Positions 26,001 through 39,496 of a stretch of DNA of 64,000 nt are shown piece after piece (position 1 is the first letter of the stretch; the number at the start of each line of letters is the position of its first letter). A program made the translations under genes and the position numbers. This DNA is from Octopus bimaculoides (lineage: Eukaryota), in assembly GCF_001194135.2 (NCBI RefSeq), contig NC_068982.1, positions 121,562,831 to 121,626,830 of the forward strand, written 5' to 3'. The notes beneath the pieces are model-generated. The model was not told the DNA's origin, did not search any database, and saw only the letters and a list, made by a program, of their open reading frames with translations.

Positions 26001-26793
26001 CATGCACGCACGTACACATATACGCACTCACGCACACACACACACACAGTCACACACACTCACACATATATAGACACTACTCACAAAATAATACATACAC
26101 ACATACATACGTACGTACATTCATGCGCACACATGCAAAGAAGAATATGTTCTAGAAATGACGTCAGAGGTTGCACAATGAACGGTGGACAATAGAAAAG
26201 AAATAAAGAAAGTGTGGAAAAGAAAAACTTGTGCATTTCTGATTAATTTCTTGTTGAGACTGATTCCTACTTGATTAGTGCACATCTAAGCTGTGACTAA
26301 ACAAAAGCAGCTTTTCAGATAGAATTTCAGAACTGATGATATAACCATAGAAATGCTGACATTTTCACTGAGCTTTTCCAGTTGAAATAATTAGTGTTTT
26401 CTGCAGAATTATTTGAAGTAGGAAGCACTGTTGTAATATATTGGCAGTAGAATCCAGAATAGATTAAAAAGTATATAATGGTAAAACGTTGGAAAATTCA
26501 AATATTCGAATCACGTTGAAATCTCGTTATTGGTGAGAATTTCCGTCAGAATTTCTCGTTATTAACAGGACCAATAATCCCTAATTCCTAAATTCCATTT
26601 AGTTATAACAAATATGGAAATGCTATTGCGACAAATCAGTATGATTGTGGAAATTCAATTTCAGATTTCTTTTACAGCAACAGGAGAGTGCAAAATTATG
26701 ACATCCATATATTTTGCTATGGTATTTACAAAACAAAATACTTCATGCTCTGAACTGAAACCGGATTCTGGAAGTTAAATGACTCCGATAGTA

Positions 26794-26795
<2 letters not shown>

Positions 26796-26866
<71 letters not shown>

Positions 26867-27134
26867 TGGCTGCGTCTCGTGTTTCCGAGCTTGCAATCCA
26901 GTTCATTTTCCTGGGTGTTTGAACCGCAGATGGCTCCGCAATCCAAGGGTTGCATGAAACATACGGGGACATTGTGGACAAGGGATAGAAGGGGTTGGTT
27001 TGGGAAGGAGAAGGCGCTGTTTTCTCTCCGGTCTCTTGAGTTCAGCTCTTGCGACTCGGGCTTTCTCGAAGTCCGCTGAACCCGTTTTGATGGTGTGTCT
27101 CCAGAGGGGTCTGTTTGCCGAGATATCCTCCCAG
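26796..27134 (-). mobile_element. 5'-truncated RTE-clade LINE with (ACT)n tail and 16-bp TSD
   Basis: Uninterrupted WEDISANRPLWRHTIKTG...CPQCPRMFHATLGLRSHLRFKH (C-terminal C2H2). TSD TGACTCCGATAGTATA at 26780-26795 and 27135-27150. Confidence 0.9.
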
Positions 27135-28480
27135 TGACTCCGATAGTATAACAAGTCGAGGATCAGCAAAATGTCCAGATGCAATGAAGCAGAAAAACCT
27201 GGATAAGATCCTTACCATTGAACCTACCGCACGGTAACCAACTACTAATGAAGGAGACACAGGTGTTATAAATTTCAACTTGATGTAAAAGCAAATAGAA
27301 AAAATCCACATTACTGCCAATATCACAGGTGTCTCACCACGAACAGCATCTTCAGCATTAGCAGCAGTAATAGTAGAAACAGTATCGATAAAAATAACAG
27401 CTACAACAGCAGCATGAGAAGCAGCTGAAAAATTATTACCTGCACTCCCAACAAAGGAACAACGTTGATGTGCCCCTCTCCAAACTACACCACCATAAGC
27501 TCGAACACATACAAACACCCCACATATATGGAGCTGCCTCTCCTGTTCTCCGACTCCTTACCAATTGACGAAAGAGAGTAGGAGGGATAACTGGTGCAAG
27601 GTTTAACCCATTGCCTGTCCTGTACATCACATGTAATACGCAGAGCATATTTCCTGTAACTATACACGTTCCAAATTTTTGTTAGCCACCAGAGTAACTT
27701 GGAAAAGCTTATATTTTTCAGAACGTATGAAACAAGGGCTAACTATAAATCTGAAAATAAGCATAGACTTTTAAGATAAACTTATGAAAATGTTTTGGAT
27801 AGGTAAAAGCTAAGAACCGAAGGAGAAGCAATATCGATCTACCCACCACTACCACAGCAACAACAACAACAACAACAACAACAGCAGCAGTAATAACAAC
27901 ATAAAATCTTGAATACCGGTTACCTGGTTGTTTTAGATGTAAAATAAAAAGGCTATCTTTCGCTTCTTGTTATCTATGACGACATTGCCACGCTAAAAGT
28001 TGTTTGGGTGAATATATGGTTGACATGGAAGTAGGGTTACTTTTTTTAACGACCTCGGGTTACAAGATATAGACATGTTTGCTACTAGCGAGATTAGGAT
28101 TTCCAGGAATCGGGAAATCGTACTTCTGGTAGCTTATGAGGTGTATTCTTTGTTCGGTCGGCTCGAGTGGAGTGGAATGTCCACGTTGCACACTCAGTAC
28201 ATGCCTGTAGGTCGAGAGCAGGATTTTGAAGGAGTGTTATAGCGATGGATTGGCAGAACCATTAGGGCGTCAGAGAAAGTACCTTGTGGTATTTCTACTG
28301 GCTATGTTATGAGTTCAAAACCTTCCCTTTATCCTTCAGAAGCTGTCTACAGTCAGCAGACTAAGGTGACACTTGTTTATTGGTCATGCTTCGAGAACCC
28401 TGCTAAGAATTCTTTCAGTTCCAAGCAATGTTCATTTTTGTAGGTGTTCTACCTTTACATTTGTACCAATCTTTTTGAGC

Positions 28481-28572
<92 letters not shown>

Positions 28573-29276
28573 AATCGAGCGCTGACTTAAATACTTCGCA
28601 CTTTTCAATCCTGTCACAGCTCGCATTTGAAACCTTAACCTTTCATATCAGGGGTTGACAGAATCGTTGACTGGATGAAATGAGAACTTCAATTTCTAAT
28701 GGTTTGGTTAAAGTTAGCTTAATATTTGACCTCACCTTTGTGAGAAATTTGACTATATTTATAAACAAAAGAAATCGTTATTCTCCAAGACACACCCAAA
28801 AACTTCATTGTTATGAATTGTTCCATAATTACGAAGACATTCAATTAAATATCTCATAAAATCTAAAGTATTAAGTTTGCCATTCTGATTGTCAATTTAA
28901 ATGTCAGGCAATAGAAACAGTGATGGATAAATGAGAAACTTGAATAGAACAACGGAAGTATATCTCGGAAAACTACGATCGCCTTTAATAGAATATTTAC
29001 AAGGGAGAGCCAGACTGTTATTTGTTGCTGAAAATCTTATTGGCTCACAACCAATTTTCTTTTCCTTTACCATATGTCTGCGAAGATACTTTAGTTTATT
29101 CTAATGTTTTAATCATTAAGTAACCTTTCACTAATAACACTGATACACCATATGTTGGCTTCTCATTATATTACTGCACTGATTCATTGGTTTAATGAGA
29201 AAACTGGTGCCAGTATCAACGATAGCCATCGGAGCAAATGTCTATATTGTCGTGCTACTTGTTAGAAATAACAGAT

Positions 29277-29662
29277 GTTGTTGTTGGCACTCCATCGCTT
29301 ACGACGTTGAGGGTTCCAGTCGATCCGATCAACGGAACAGCCTGCTCGTGAAATTAACGTGCAAGTGGCTGAGCACTCCACAGACACGTGTACCCTTAAC
29401 GTAGTTCTCGGGGATGTTCAGCGTGACACACTGTGACAAGGCTGACCCTTTGAATTACTGGCACAACAGAAACAGGAAGTAAGAGTGAGAGAAAGTTGTG
29501 GTGAAAGAGTACAGCAGGGTTCGCCACCATCCCCTGCCGGAGCCTCGTGGAGCTTTTAGGTGTTTTCGCTCAATAAACACTCACAACGCCCGGTCTGGTA
29601 ATCGAAACCGCGATCCTATGACCGCGAGTCCGCTGCTCTAACCACTGGGCCATTGCGCCTCC
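29277..29662 (-). mobile_element. tRNA-derived SINE family A, full length
   Basis: Reverse complement of the 21800 copy. TSD AGAAATAACAGAT at 29264-29276 and 29663-29675. Confidence 0.9.
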
Positions 29663-31009
29663 AGAAATAACAGATAAATCTCCCCTAAACAACACACTAC
29701 AAACTTCAAAAAGGAAGGTCACACTAAACAATGTTGTTCTGGTTATACAGCATTATGTGATGCCTACGGTTGGAAAGTCTTTCTATTGCCTTTGTGCATA
29801 TCTCTATCCAGTTGGAGCTGAATTAACAATAACAGCAACAACAACAATAACAATAACGATGACGATGACGACGACAACAGCAGCAGTTAGTAAAAGAGCC
29901 AATGTGATGAGTACATCTAGACGGCCGCTCGACCTGCCAAATCTTCAAATCCCATCTTAGCGACTAAAATAGAAAGAACCCATTGAATACGTTGATCGAG
30001 GCTGACCTTGGGCTAAAGAACAAAAATGATAACACTGAAATCTATCTTACCACAGATTACCATTTCAAAAATGAAACGTCGTACATTAGTATATAATTGA
30101 GACGTATGGTACTAATGTTTCAGATGATGTTATTCATCTAATATTTCAGTTAGACGTGTAGTTTCTATGTTTTTTAAGGGGAATAAATATGTAGTTCCAA
30201 AGTTGGAAATGCAATTCTATTGTATAGTGCAGAATCATTGCTTGACATGGAAGTTATATATAGGATATCTTAGCGAGAAATGTAGTTTTGATGTTCGTGG
30301 TGGAAGACTAACTTTTACTTATCCTTATAACTTAAACTCGGGTTTTTTCTTCAAGTGAATTGGAAGTAATTCAGCCCTCAACCGCTGCAACACTTCACAT
30401 GCATAAGTAAGACTTGCTGTAGATTGCTGCTATTCTGTCTACAAATACACACACATACTGGTACACATACTATCTTACAGTCTACCACCACTAGCACATG
30501 CTCGAAAAATGCCCGTTGTTCATTTGAATTTGCTATCGCTGTTGCACCCCCAGATATAAGTACTCGGTATATCCGCCTTTTTCTCGAGTTCTCTAACCAA
30601 CTTAGCTCGTTCCTTTGAGGTCATCCTATACTTTTTCCTCACACAAGAGGTGCACTTCATCTTTGAACAGAAGCACAGATACATTCTTCAATAGGGATAT
30701 GGCATTTTAGCCTTCTTAAGAAGTTCTACGAATGATATTAATACTACAAACACTATACTTGCCAGAGCTCACAATCTATGAGAGCAACTATTCATATAGA
30801 ACAGATAGTAGACTCCACAATCTCTAATATAACAACCATTCATATACAACAAATGATAAACCTCGTAATCTCTGATCTCTCAATGTAGCGAAACATTTAT
30901 TATATCGACATAACTGTATTCTAAAGACTGGTCATTTCCTTTGAGACCATGAAATACTTCATCCTTGAACATTAGTTGATAACCCTCAACGATGCTCACG
31001 TACTTAAGA

Positions 31010-31450
31010 CCTCATTGGGATAGTGCTCACATTCATAGAGCTGTACTGCTATATATACTCGCAATAAAGTACAGCTCACATCTTCAGGACGGTCGCCTAG
31101 TATATACATACGATGAAAAGCCACATTTATAGAACGGTGCTACTATATGTACGCGCAATGGAATACTGCTCATATCTATAGGATGCTGCTGTTATACTAT
31201 GTATACGCATTCGAATACTGCTTAGACCAATGGGACGGTGCTACTATAAGCAGACATAACGGAGTGCAACTTAAATCTATAGAACGGTGCTATTGTATGC
31301 ACACACATCGGAGTGCTGCTCACATCCATGGACTGGTGCTCGTATTGTATATACACACATTGGAATACTGCTTAAATCTAAAAGAATGGTGCTCCTACTA
31401 TATCTACACAGACTAGAGAACTGCTTATATGTATGGGATGTTGTTGAAGC
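31010..31450. repeat. Diverged ~49-52 bp minisatellite, about 8-9 units
   Basis: Recurrent unit like ATCTATAGAACGGTGCTACTATATGTACACACATTGGAATACTGCTCAC. Confidence 0.7.
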
Positions 31451-32453
31451 TGTTATAGACATACAGACTTTCAAGATCTTGTTCCAAAGCTTAAGCCTCC
31501 TCACTGATTCACTTATCAACCCTCTACATACACCATTACTTTACTGTATCACCTGAACCTTCTGCTTCTTTTTTACTCTTTTCTCGTTATTATACCAGTT
31601 TCTACTCTTATGAACTCAATAGCTGCTAATCTTCTTTCCCGACTCCACCACCTAATAAAGCTAACCCTCCGACCACTCCTAATGTATTTCATCTCACAAA
31701 GCCCTTTACGCAGTCTTTTCTTTCCTAATTCTTCTCCTCAGTTACATTATCTAGAGACGTCAATCTACAGATGTTCAAATTGAATGCCTGTTTTATGGAT
31801 CCCAATATATATCAAGTTAACAGCTCTTTGTGAGTGTGTGAGTGTGAGTGAGTGTGTGTGCACGCGCGCATGCGTGTGCGTGTACGTGCATGTGCGTGTG
31901 CGCGTGTAAATCAGGCTAACACCTATATACATTTTATATATATTAGGTCAATAATTACACTGTGTAACAATTTTTTAATTTTTTTGTCTGACCAGTAAGT
32001 GTTATTTTTTATTTGCTTCTATTTAGAAATCAAAGGAAATGACTACTATTCCCTTCAAACTTTGCTTTCGTGACTTGGACATCAATGTTCTGAAACTGAC
32101 CTATTTTCCATTTATGACAGACTCAGCACTGAGTTGCTGTAGCAGAAATAATCGTTATAGCAAATATTCTGCTCAATACACAGATTTGTTTCTCAGTTAC
32201 TTAACCACGTGAGCATGTCCCTTGGTGGACGACAATATGTGCGTCTCTGATCATGAGGGAGCACCAAAGCCATGTGTTGAGAGGGATTCTTTGGGATTTG
32301 AATAAATGTAACAAAAGCAAAGTTTGAAGGAAATATTAGCCATTTTTCATACTTTCTAGGGGTAAGCAAATAGGAAATAACAGTCGCTACTCAAGCACAA
32401 AAATCGTGTTACACTGTGTTATATATACACATCAGTTATATATACACATCATT

Positions 32454-32686
32454 AAAGGCGGCGAGCTGGAAGAAACGTTAGCGCGCCGGGTGAAATGCTT
32501 AGCGGTATTTCGTCTGCCGTTACATTCTGAGTTCAAATTCTGCCGAGGTCGACTTTGCCTTTCATCCTTTCGGGGTCGATGAATAAAGTACCATTTACGC
32601 ACTGGGGTTGATGTAATCGACTTAATCCCTTTGTCTGTCCTTGTTTGTACCTTCTGTGTTTAGCCCCTTGTGGGCAATAAAGAAAT
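32454..32686 (+). mobile_element. SINE family C monomer (central domain recalls MetaSINE/MESC)
   Basis: AAGGCGGCGAGCTGG...GAGTTCAAATTC (B-box-like)...GCCTTTCATCCTTTCGGGGTCGAT. Imperfect TSD ATATATACA(C/A)ATCA. Confidence 0.85.
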
Positions 32687-34743
32687 ATATATATACAAAT
32701 CAGTTTTGCAATTCTATAAACATCAGATTTTCGTATAAACACATTAACTTGAGAATGTCTGGCAAAGTTATATACAACTTTGGCCATCTGGTTTGCCAGC
32801 AATTCTTCCCCTCAAATATTTATAAGTAACTGTTCAACTATACTATTTCCCCTATATTATTAGGAATCCCTCATCTAGCCTTGTATTCATCAGCACAAAT
32901 TCTTGCTCGTAAAATTGAAGACCTAAGTCATGTTAATCTCCTTCGTTTTACCATGAACTCTCGTGACTTAGCTTAAAATAGCTTGAAGTCAACAAGTCTA
33001 GTTATCTAAAAACAAAATTGACCGGCGTCTCCGTTAAGTTCCGGAGAGAATTTAAATAGGCAAGTCTTATTAGTATAACAACATGACAGTTCTAAAGTTA
33101 TTTCCGATTTAAGACGTCGTGTTTCAAGTGTAGAACGTGTTTAAAAATTAATATCTTTCTTGCTTTAGTTGAACATTCCTTCGGCAAAATAAAGACTTTT
33201 TTCAACAATAAATGTCAGAATAGTTAATTTGAATAAAATGCCAATGTTCTCTTCCATTCAGTCCTCGATCTACTACGAACCAAATACACAAAATGTCACC
33301 CAAGCATTATAAAACCAACGAAAAATTGGTACTCACTTTCATTATCATCATACAAACTGTGTCAGCGATGTCTGCGGGAAATTAAATTAAACAACATTAT
33401 TTCAAATTCTGGTAGATTCTTCTTCCACAAATAAACAAATGAAGGTCTTTTTCCGTTTCTATTTTTCTTTTCTCCTTTTTTTACTGACACATTATGTGTA
33501 AATATGATTGTGTAACCATGGGTACAATTTCAGTAACGCATTTCAACAGAATGATACTAACAACCTATTGAAAATGTCTTCAATTCATTTTATTTTTACA
33601 ATGAAATGCCAGTTTCCTGTCCAGGTGAAATAGCATCGTACATTTATTTGTATGACAGAACAAAGAATTCAGCTTCTTGGTGAAGGAAAAGCAGACGTGA
33701 AGTGGTTGAAAAATGGAAGATGGTTTAAGACAAATAATAAGAAAATAGTGGTTTGAAGCCTGAAAGGAGAAAATAAAATATTATTGTTCTGAGACAATCA
33801 AGAAGAAACCATGCACGATTTATGAAAGACATGAAACAATAAATCCACTAGATTAGTTTATGAATGGTAAGAAAGTCGATTTGTCATGTCTGTAAATTGA
33901 ATTCGTGCTGCCTTCTACCGAATTACCGTTTATGTACATGCTTTGTTTTCAATAACATAACTTGCTTCTTATCGCTTCAGTCTGTCAAAACTACATGGCT
34001 GTAAAGAATGGCTGTAATTTTCGAAGAAGCAGACGGTAAAATCCACTTTGGCTTGCAAATTGTCAGTGTAGGAAGTTTTCTAATTATTCTGACTGACTTA
34101 CTGAATACAGTGACCGACCATTAAGAGTTGTGTTTAGTATTCTCGTTACATGCGTGATTAGGTTCATGCGTGCATCTATGAGTGTGGTGTGGTGTGGTGT
34201 GGTGTGGTGTGGTGGTATGTATGTGACGTGGTGGTGGTGGTGATGTGTGTGTGTGTGTATGTGTGTGTGTGTCAGTACGCATGTATATTCTAGTTTATGT
34301 ATTCTGTTTATATTACGTATTTCTATTTGGCTGTCCATGTTTAATAAGCTGCTTAGGTACGAGGAGGAATATTTAGAAGAGATTCATTGAATAAACCAAA
34401 CCAAGCAAGGTTATATACTATTAAGTACTTCCACAACATTTGCCATGAACTTAACCATCTATTTATTGTCAACTACAGGTCACAGTTCACATTTATTTCT
34501 GCTTGTAACTTTCATTTTCATTTCTACTAAATGAACAGAACAGGGGTATATTCTTCATGCATTATAAAATATAACAGTATTCTATACTCCTCTATAATGC
34601 TGCATTATATTACATTATATTCTACACTAGTGTATAATATAAAATAATGTACTGTACTACAACAATTTAATATATTGCATTATAAAGCGCACTGCACTAT
34701 ACAACAATACTAAGCAACCCTACACAATACTTCGCATTATATT

Positions 34744-35173
34744 CTTTTCTACTCTAGGCACAAGGCCCGAAATTTTGGGGGAGGGGGCAGTCGATTAGAT
34801 AGACTCCAATACGCAACTGGTATATAATTTATCGACCCCGAAAGGATGAAAACCAAAGTCGACCTCGGCGGAATTAGAACTCAGAACGTGAAGACAAACG
34901 AAACACCGCTAAGCATTTCGCCCGGCGTGCTTACGTTTCTTATTTCTTTATTGCCCACAAGGGGCTAAACAGAGAGGGGACAAACAAGAACAGACAAAGG
35001 GATTAAGTCGATTACATCGACCCCAGTGCGTAACTGGTACTTAATTTATCGACTCCGAAAGGATGAAGGGCAAAATCTATCTCGGCGGAATTTGAACTCA
35101 GAACATAAAGACAGACGAAATACCGCTAAGCATTTCGCCCGGCGTGCTAACGTTTCTGCCAGCTCGCCGCCTT
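34744..35173 (-). mobile_element. Dimeric SINE family C element
   Basis: Two tandem monomers with different tails, enclosed by one 17-bp TSD ATACTTCGCATTATATT (34727-34743 and 35174-35190). Confidence 0.85.
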
Positions 35174-35201
35174 ATACTTCGCATTATATTGTACTACACT
35201 C

Positions 35202-35415
35202 AAGGTGACGAGCTGGCAGAACCGTTAGCACGCCGGGCAAACTGCTTTGCGACATTTTGTCAGTCTGTATGTTCTGAGTTTAAATTCCGCCGAGGTCAGC
35301 TTTCCTTCTCATCCTTTCCGGGTCGATAATATAACTCCCAGTCGAACACTGAGGTCGGTGTAATCGACTTACCTCTCCCCCGAACTTGCTATCGTTGATC
35401 TAAAATTTGAAATCC
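35202..35415 (+). mobile_element. SINE family C monomer, inverted relative to the adjacent dimer
   Basis: AAGGTGACGAGCTGGCAGAACCGTTAGCACGCCGGGC...TCATCCTTTCCGGGTCGAT. Confidence 0.85.
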
Positions 35416-36234
35416 TTATATTGTATTCCACTAGTCATGCTATTGTGTACAATAATACTAAACTATACTATACTATATTTATATGGCATTACAACAGTTA
35501 TACAACGGTAAACAATATTGCTATAATACTTCATTGCAATACACATTACTGTATTATACTATACTGTTCTCTGATTCGATACTCGAACGACTGTCTTAAG
35601 GTATGGGCAAAATGGGCTGTTGCCAAAGGGCCTCGCTGGTGCAGGGGCCCAATTCTGATCAATGTGTGTTGTGACTGGCTGTTAATAAATATGCTGGAAG
35701 GTCTACAATGCCGCTAAGAAGATTCTGGATACCACACTGAGCTACAATATTCGATATGACGTTGTATCACACTTTTTTAACACACACTCCATTATTCTAT
35801 GTTACACATTACTACATTATTTCTACACTGAACTACAGAACTGTATTACGCTACATTTCCTTATATTAAAGAAAACACGTCATTCTTTTGAGGTCGATAA
35901 TGTAAGCACCAGTCAAGTACTGGGTTCAATGTAATCGACTTGCCCCCCACCACTCAAAGTCGCTGGCTTTGCACCCAAATTAGAAAGAATGTATAAGATT
36001 ATGTAATAATGAACTACATTACACCGTGCGACACTACACAACTATATGCTGCACTATACTTTGTGACGCTACACAACATCGCTACGCTACTCTATACTAT
36101 GTTGTTCTACGTCAAAATTTCACTATACTATCTTATGCACACTACACTACACAATATTACGTTACCCATACCGCCCTATACATTTCTGTACCTCTCAACG
36201 CTGTGCTTACTCTATTCAGTTATACACATACATA

Positions 36235-36425
36235 ACTGTTTCAAATTTTGACATAAGGCCGGCAGTTTTGAGAAAAGGAAGTCGATTACAGCGATGCCAG
36301 TACTTGAGTGGTACTTATTTTATCGACTCCGAAAGGATGAACGGGGAAGTCGACCTCAGCGGAATTTAAACTCATAACGTAAAGACGGATGAAATGCCGC
36401 TAACGATTCTGCCAACGAACCGCCT
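36235..36425 (-). mobile_element. SINE family C copy
   Basis: ACTTATTTTATCGACTCCGAAAGGATGAA...GGAATTTAAACTC is the reverse complement of the family core. Confidence 0.75.
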
Positions 36426-37172
36426 GATTTATACACATATATAATACAAGTTAATGAGGGAACATTGATATGACCAACTAGAAATAGCAACCAGATATCC
36501 CACGAAGTACACTCTACTGTCTTACATAACAATCCAAGAGGTTTTTTTCTTTAAAAAAATCTTGGTTATACCTTTAATGCCCTTCATAAGAGGAAGTGTT
36601 CGATCACGGTTGACCTCGTCCTAAATAACAATACATATGTAAAATGAATAGAGGAAATTCAAAAGATCGGATAATATATAACAAAATAAAAATATGGCTT
36701 ATCATTTTCTTTTAATTAAATACTAACAGTGAAAATAGATTTCGACTGTGACTGTTATTGCTGATAAAATAATGCAGCGGTTATTCCACAGCATGAAGTT
36801 TATGAATGCAGATTAAATACAAAACTCTACATAGAATATCGTAGACAAAAATTTTCTAAAATTTACATGAATGCATTTGTGAAACTGTACATCTATATAA
36901 AAATTAGATAATTTATATTGGAAAGCGTTATGGTAAGACTATGTGGATATTTTTATGTTTTCATATCAATGGAAAATTTGGAAAATAAAGTTAAGTATGT
37001 GCAAAAAGAGAAATGGGTATCATACAAAGTCAATTAGATAATTACATATTTACTGGCAGAAATTCTATCGAAGTTAAGCCGAGATAGAAGTTAACTACTA
37101 CCAAGAGACAATGAAATACATGTAATATAACACCTGATGTATGACTCTATAAGAACATTAGGCTCCAAAGAT

Positions 37173-37234
37173 TATGTTCTTTTGACCAACCAAACGTTAA
37201 TAATTATTAACGCTTGGTTGGTCAAAAGAACATA
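37173..37234. repeat. 62-bp near-perfect palindrome
   Basis: TATGTTCTTTTGACCAACCAAACGTTAATAA|TTATTAACGCTTGGTTGGTCAAAAGAACATA; one mismatch (37194/37213), no spacer. Confidence 0.95.
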
Positions 37235-37719
37235 TGGCATGGTTTAACCATCATGTTGGCAAATGTTGACAACAGACATGACTTACTATATGTGAATTTG
37301 GTGACAGCAGACTTCATTACCTGCACTTCCAGAACTGGTCCAAACTTTATACACATAGCCAGTTAACAACTAAATAGAGATTCCCCTTCAAATTCAACAT
37401 TATCAACATCAATCTCGTCAACGTTCACCTCAAATTCATCAGCGTCATTCTCAAGTTTCGTATTGTCGCTCTCGATTACGTTGTTGTCTATCTTGATTTC
37501 GTCATCGGCAACTTAAATTTCCTCATTCTTAGATGGAGTGATGTTTCCTTTTTGGTTTATCAACAAACATTTACATCTGTGACTTCTCATCACAAAATTA
37601 CAAAATACTGGAGACATTAAAAAGTTTCCCAAAGGATTACAAGTTTTGTGTAATAAAAATGTCGCATCTTACATAACTGTATACATACTGAAATGTATTT
37701 GAGTGTGAGCGTGCGTTTG

Positions 37720-37763
<44 letters not shown>

Positions 37764-38739
37764 CACATACGCTCGCGCACACTGACACACCTCACGCACA
37801 CACAAACACACACACACACAATCACATACACAAATACATACAAACATGCTGATACATATATATAAATGATGCATGAACCTCACAAGAAATATCTTAACGC
37901 GTCCAAAGCAAGCATTTTCCCCCTGAGAGTGTTCTACAACTAATTTGTTGGTACTATGATCAATGCCTCTGCGAAATAAATGAACATAGAGAAATAATTC
38001 CAGTATTCTTAAACAAAGAAAGTATACGTATGTCTATCACGCACACACGCATGCATACAGATACATACAGATACATACAGACACAAATTCACACATACAC
38101 CATGTTTTATTTTTACCTGCTGCAGGAAGGGAAAGTGCCCATGACTTTTGCCGACTTCTGCAAGATCGGTGAGATTGATCTCATTAGTAATCACTAAACT
38201 ATTGTAAGCCAACATCGGAACGAGTAAGTCCAGAGGTCAGTGTTTCTGGAGAGAAAGTTCGCGGAATAATGGCTCGGGCGGTGTGTGTGTGTGTGTGTGT
38301 GTGTGTGTGNNNNNNNNNNNNNNNNNNNNNNNNNNNNNNNNNNNNNNNNNNNNNNNNNNNNNNNNNNNNNNNNNNNNNNNNNNNNNNNNNNNNNNNNNNN
38401 NNGAAGTAAAACTTAGATTCTGGTATGGGTAAGCAGATGTGAGTGTGTGTGTGTGCGTGTGCGTGTGTAACTTAGCAGTTCGCCAAAAGGGACCGATAGA
38501 ATAAGTACTAGGCTTACAAAGAATAAGTCCTGCGGTTGATTTGTTCGACTAAAAGCATGGCTGCAGTCAAATTACTGAAACAAGTAAAAGAATAATAAAA
38601 GTAAAAGCATATAGATAGATAGATTGATCGATAGACAGAGGGAGAGGGGGTGGAGAAAGAAAGAGAGAGAAAGAGAGAGAGTAAGCCTTCAGATTAATGT
38701 AAAATTGGTTTTATTACAAAAACAAACATATATACATAC

Positions 38740-38778
<39 letters not shown>

Positions 38779-39496
38779 TGTGTGTGTGTATCTGTGTGTG
38801 TCTGTGTCTCTGTGTGTCTGTGTGTATACAACACATACATACAAATATACACACACATTCCCACGTTTATATGCGTTTGTAGAAATTGAAGGCGTTTAAT
38901 GCATTAAGTTCAGTACCGAAAGCGGTAAAATCAAAACAGATTCCCCGTGTCGGCGTTGAAAGAACTGTCCATTTTCCCAGATAAATTGGTTATCAAATAT
39001 AATTAGAGGAACATGTTGACACAAGTTGTATAACCTGCCGTCTTTTATTGATTATTACAGCTTGAAGTGTGTCAATCAAAAAAAAAAGGAGAGATCGAAT
39101 AGGGAGAGAGAGTGAAAGAGAGATCGAGAAAGGTAGGGAAGGAGAGACAGAGGAAGCCATCTAACCATAAGAATTCTTGTGTTAATGTCGTATAATTTGG
39201 CATTCTTGAAGAATTATATTTGAGGAATCGAGACTGAATGTTTTCAGATGTAGCCTAAAATCTGAAATATATTTCTGATAAAAGTACAAAAGGCATTAAT
39301 GTTATATTAGAAATGTTACGCAACTTAAAAGTACATAAAACCATTAAAGGAAATAGTAAATAACAGAGGAGACATCTCATCATAGACATTTATATGAGAG
39401 AATATATACAATACAACGGTTATTTGCCAGGTCATCTGGTGCGACGCTTTCTCTCTGTATCTCTGCCTAGCGTCAGTGGCTTTCAGAGTTACGGGT

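Larger units (their letters stand above)
34540..36240. repeat. Degenerate pentamer-like (TACAC/TATAC/TACAT)n tract hosting several SINEs
   Basis: Recurrent ACTAC, TACAC, TATAC and CATTA words between the SINE insertions. Confidence 0.65.

Noticed and set aside
27181-27667. 158-aa hydrophobic ORF and neighbours with splice-like sites
   Set aside because: Largely degenerate GCT/GCA/GTA periodic sequence fused to the RTE frame, with no recognisable family. It cannot be fully excluded without RNA-seq.
31010-31450. CRISPR-like array
   Set aside because: Eukaryotic context, degenerate contiguous units without unique spacers, and no cas genes.
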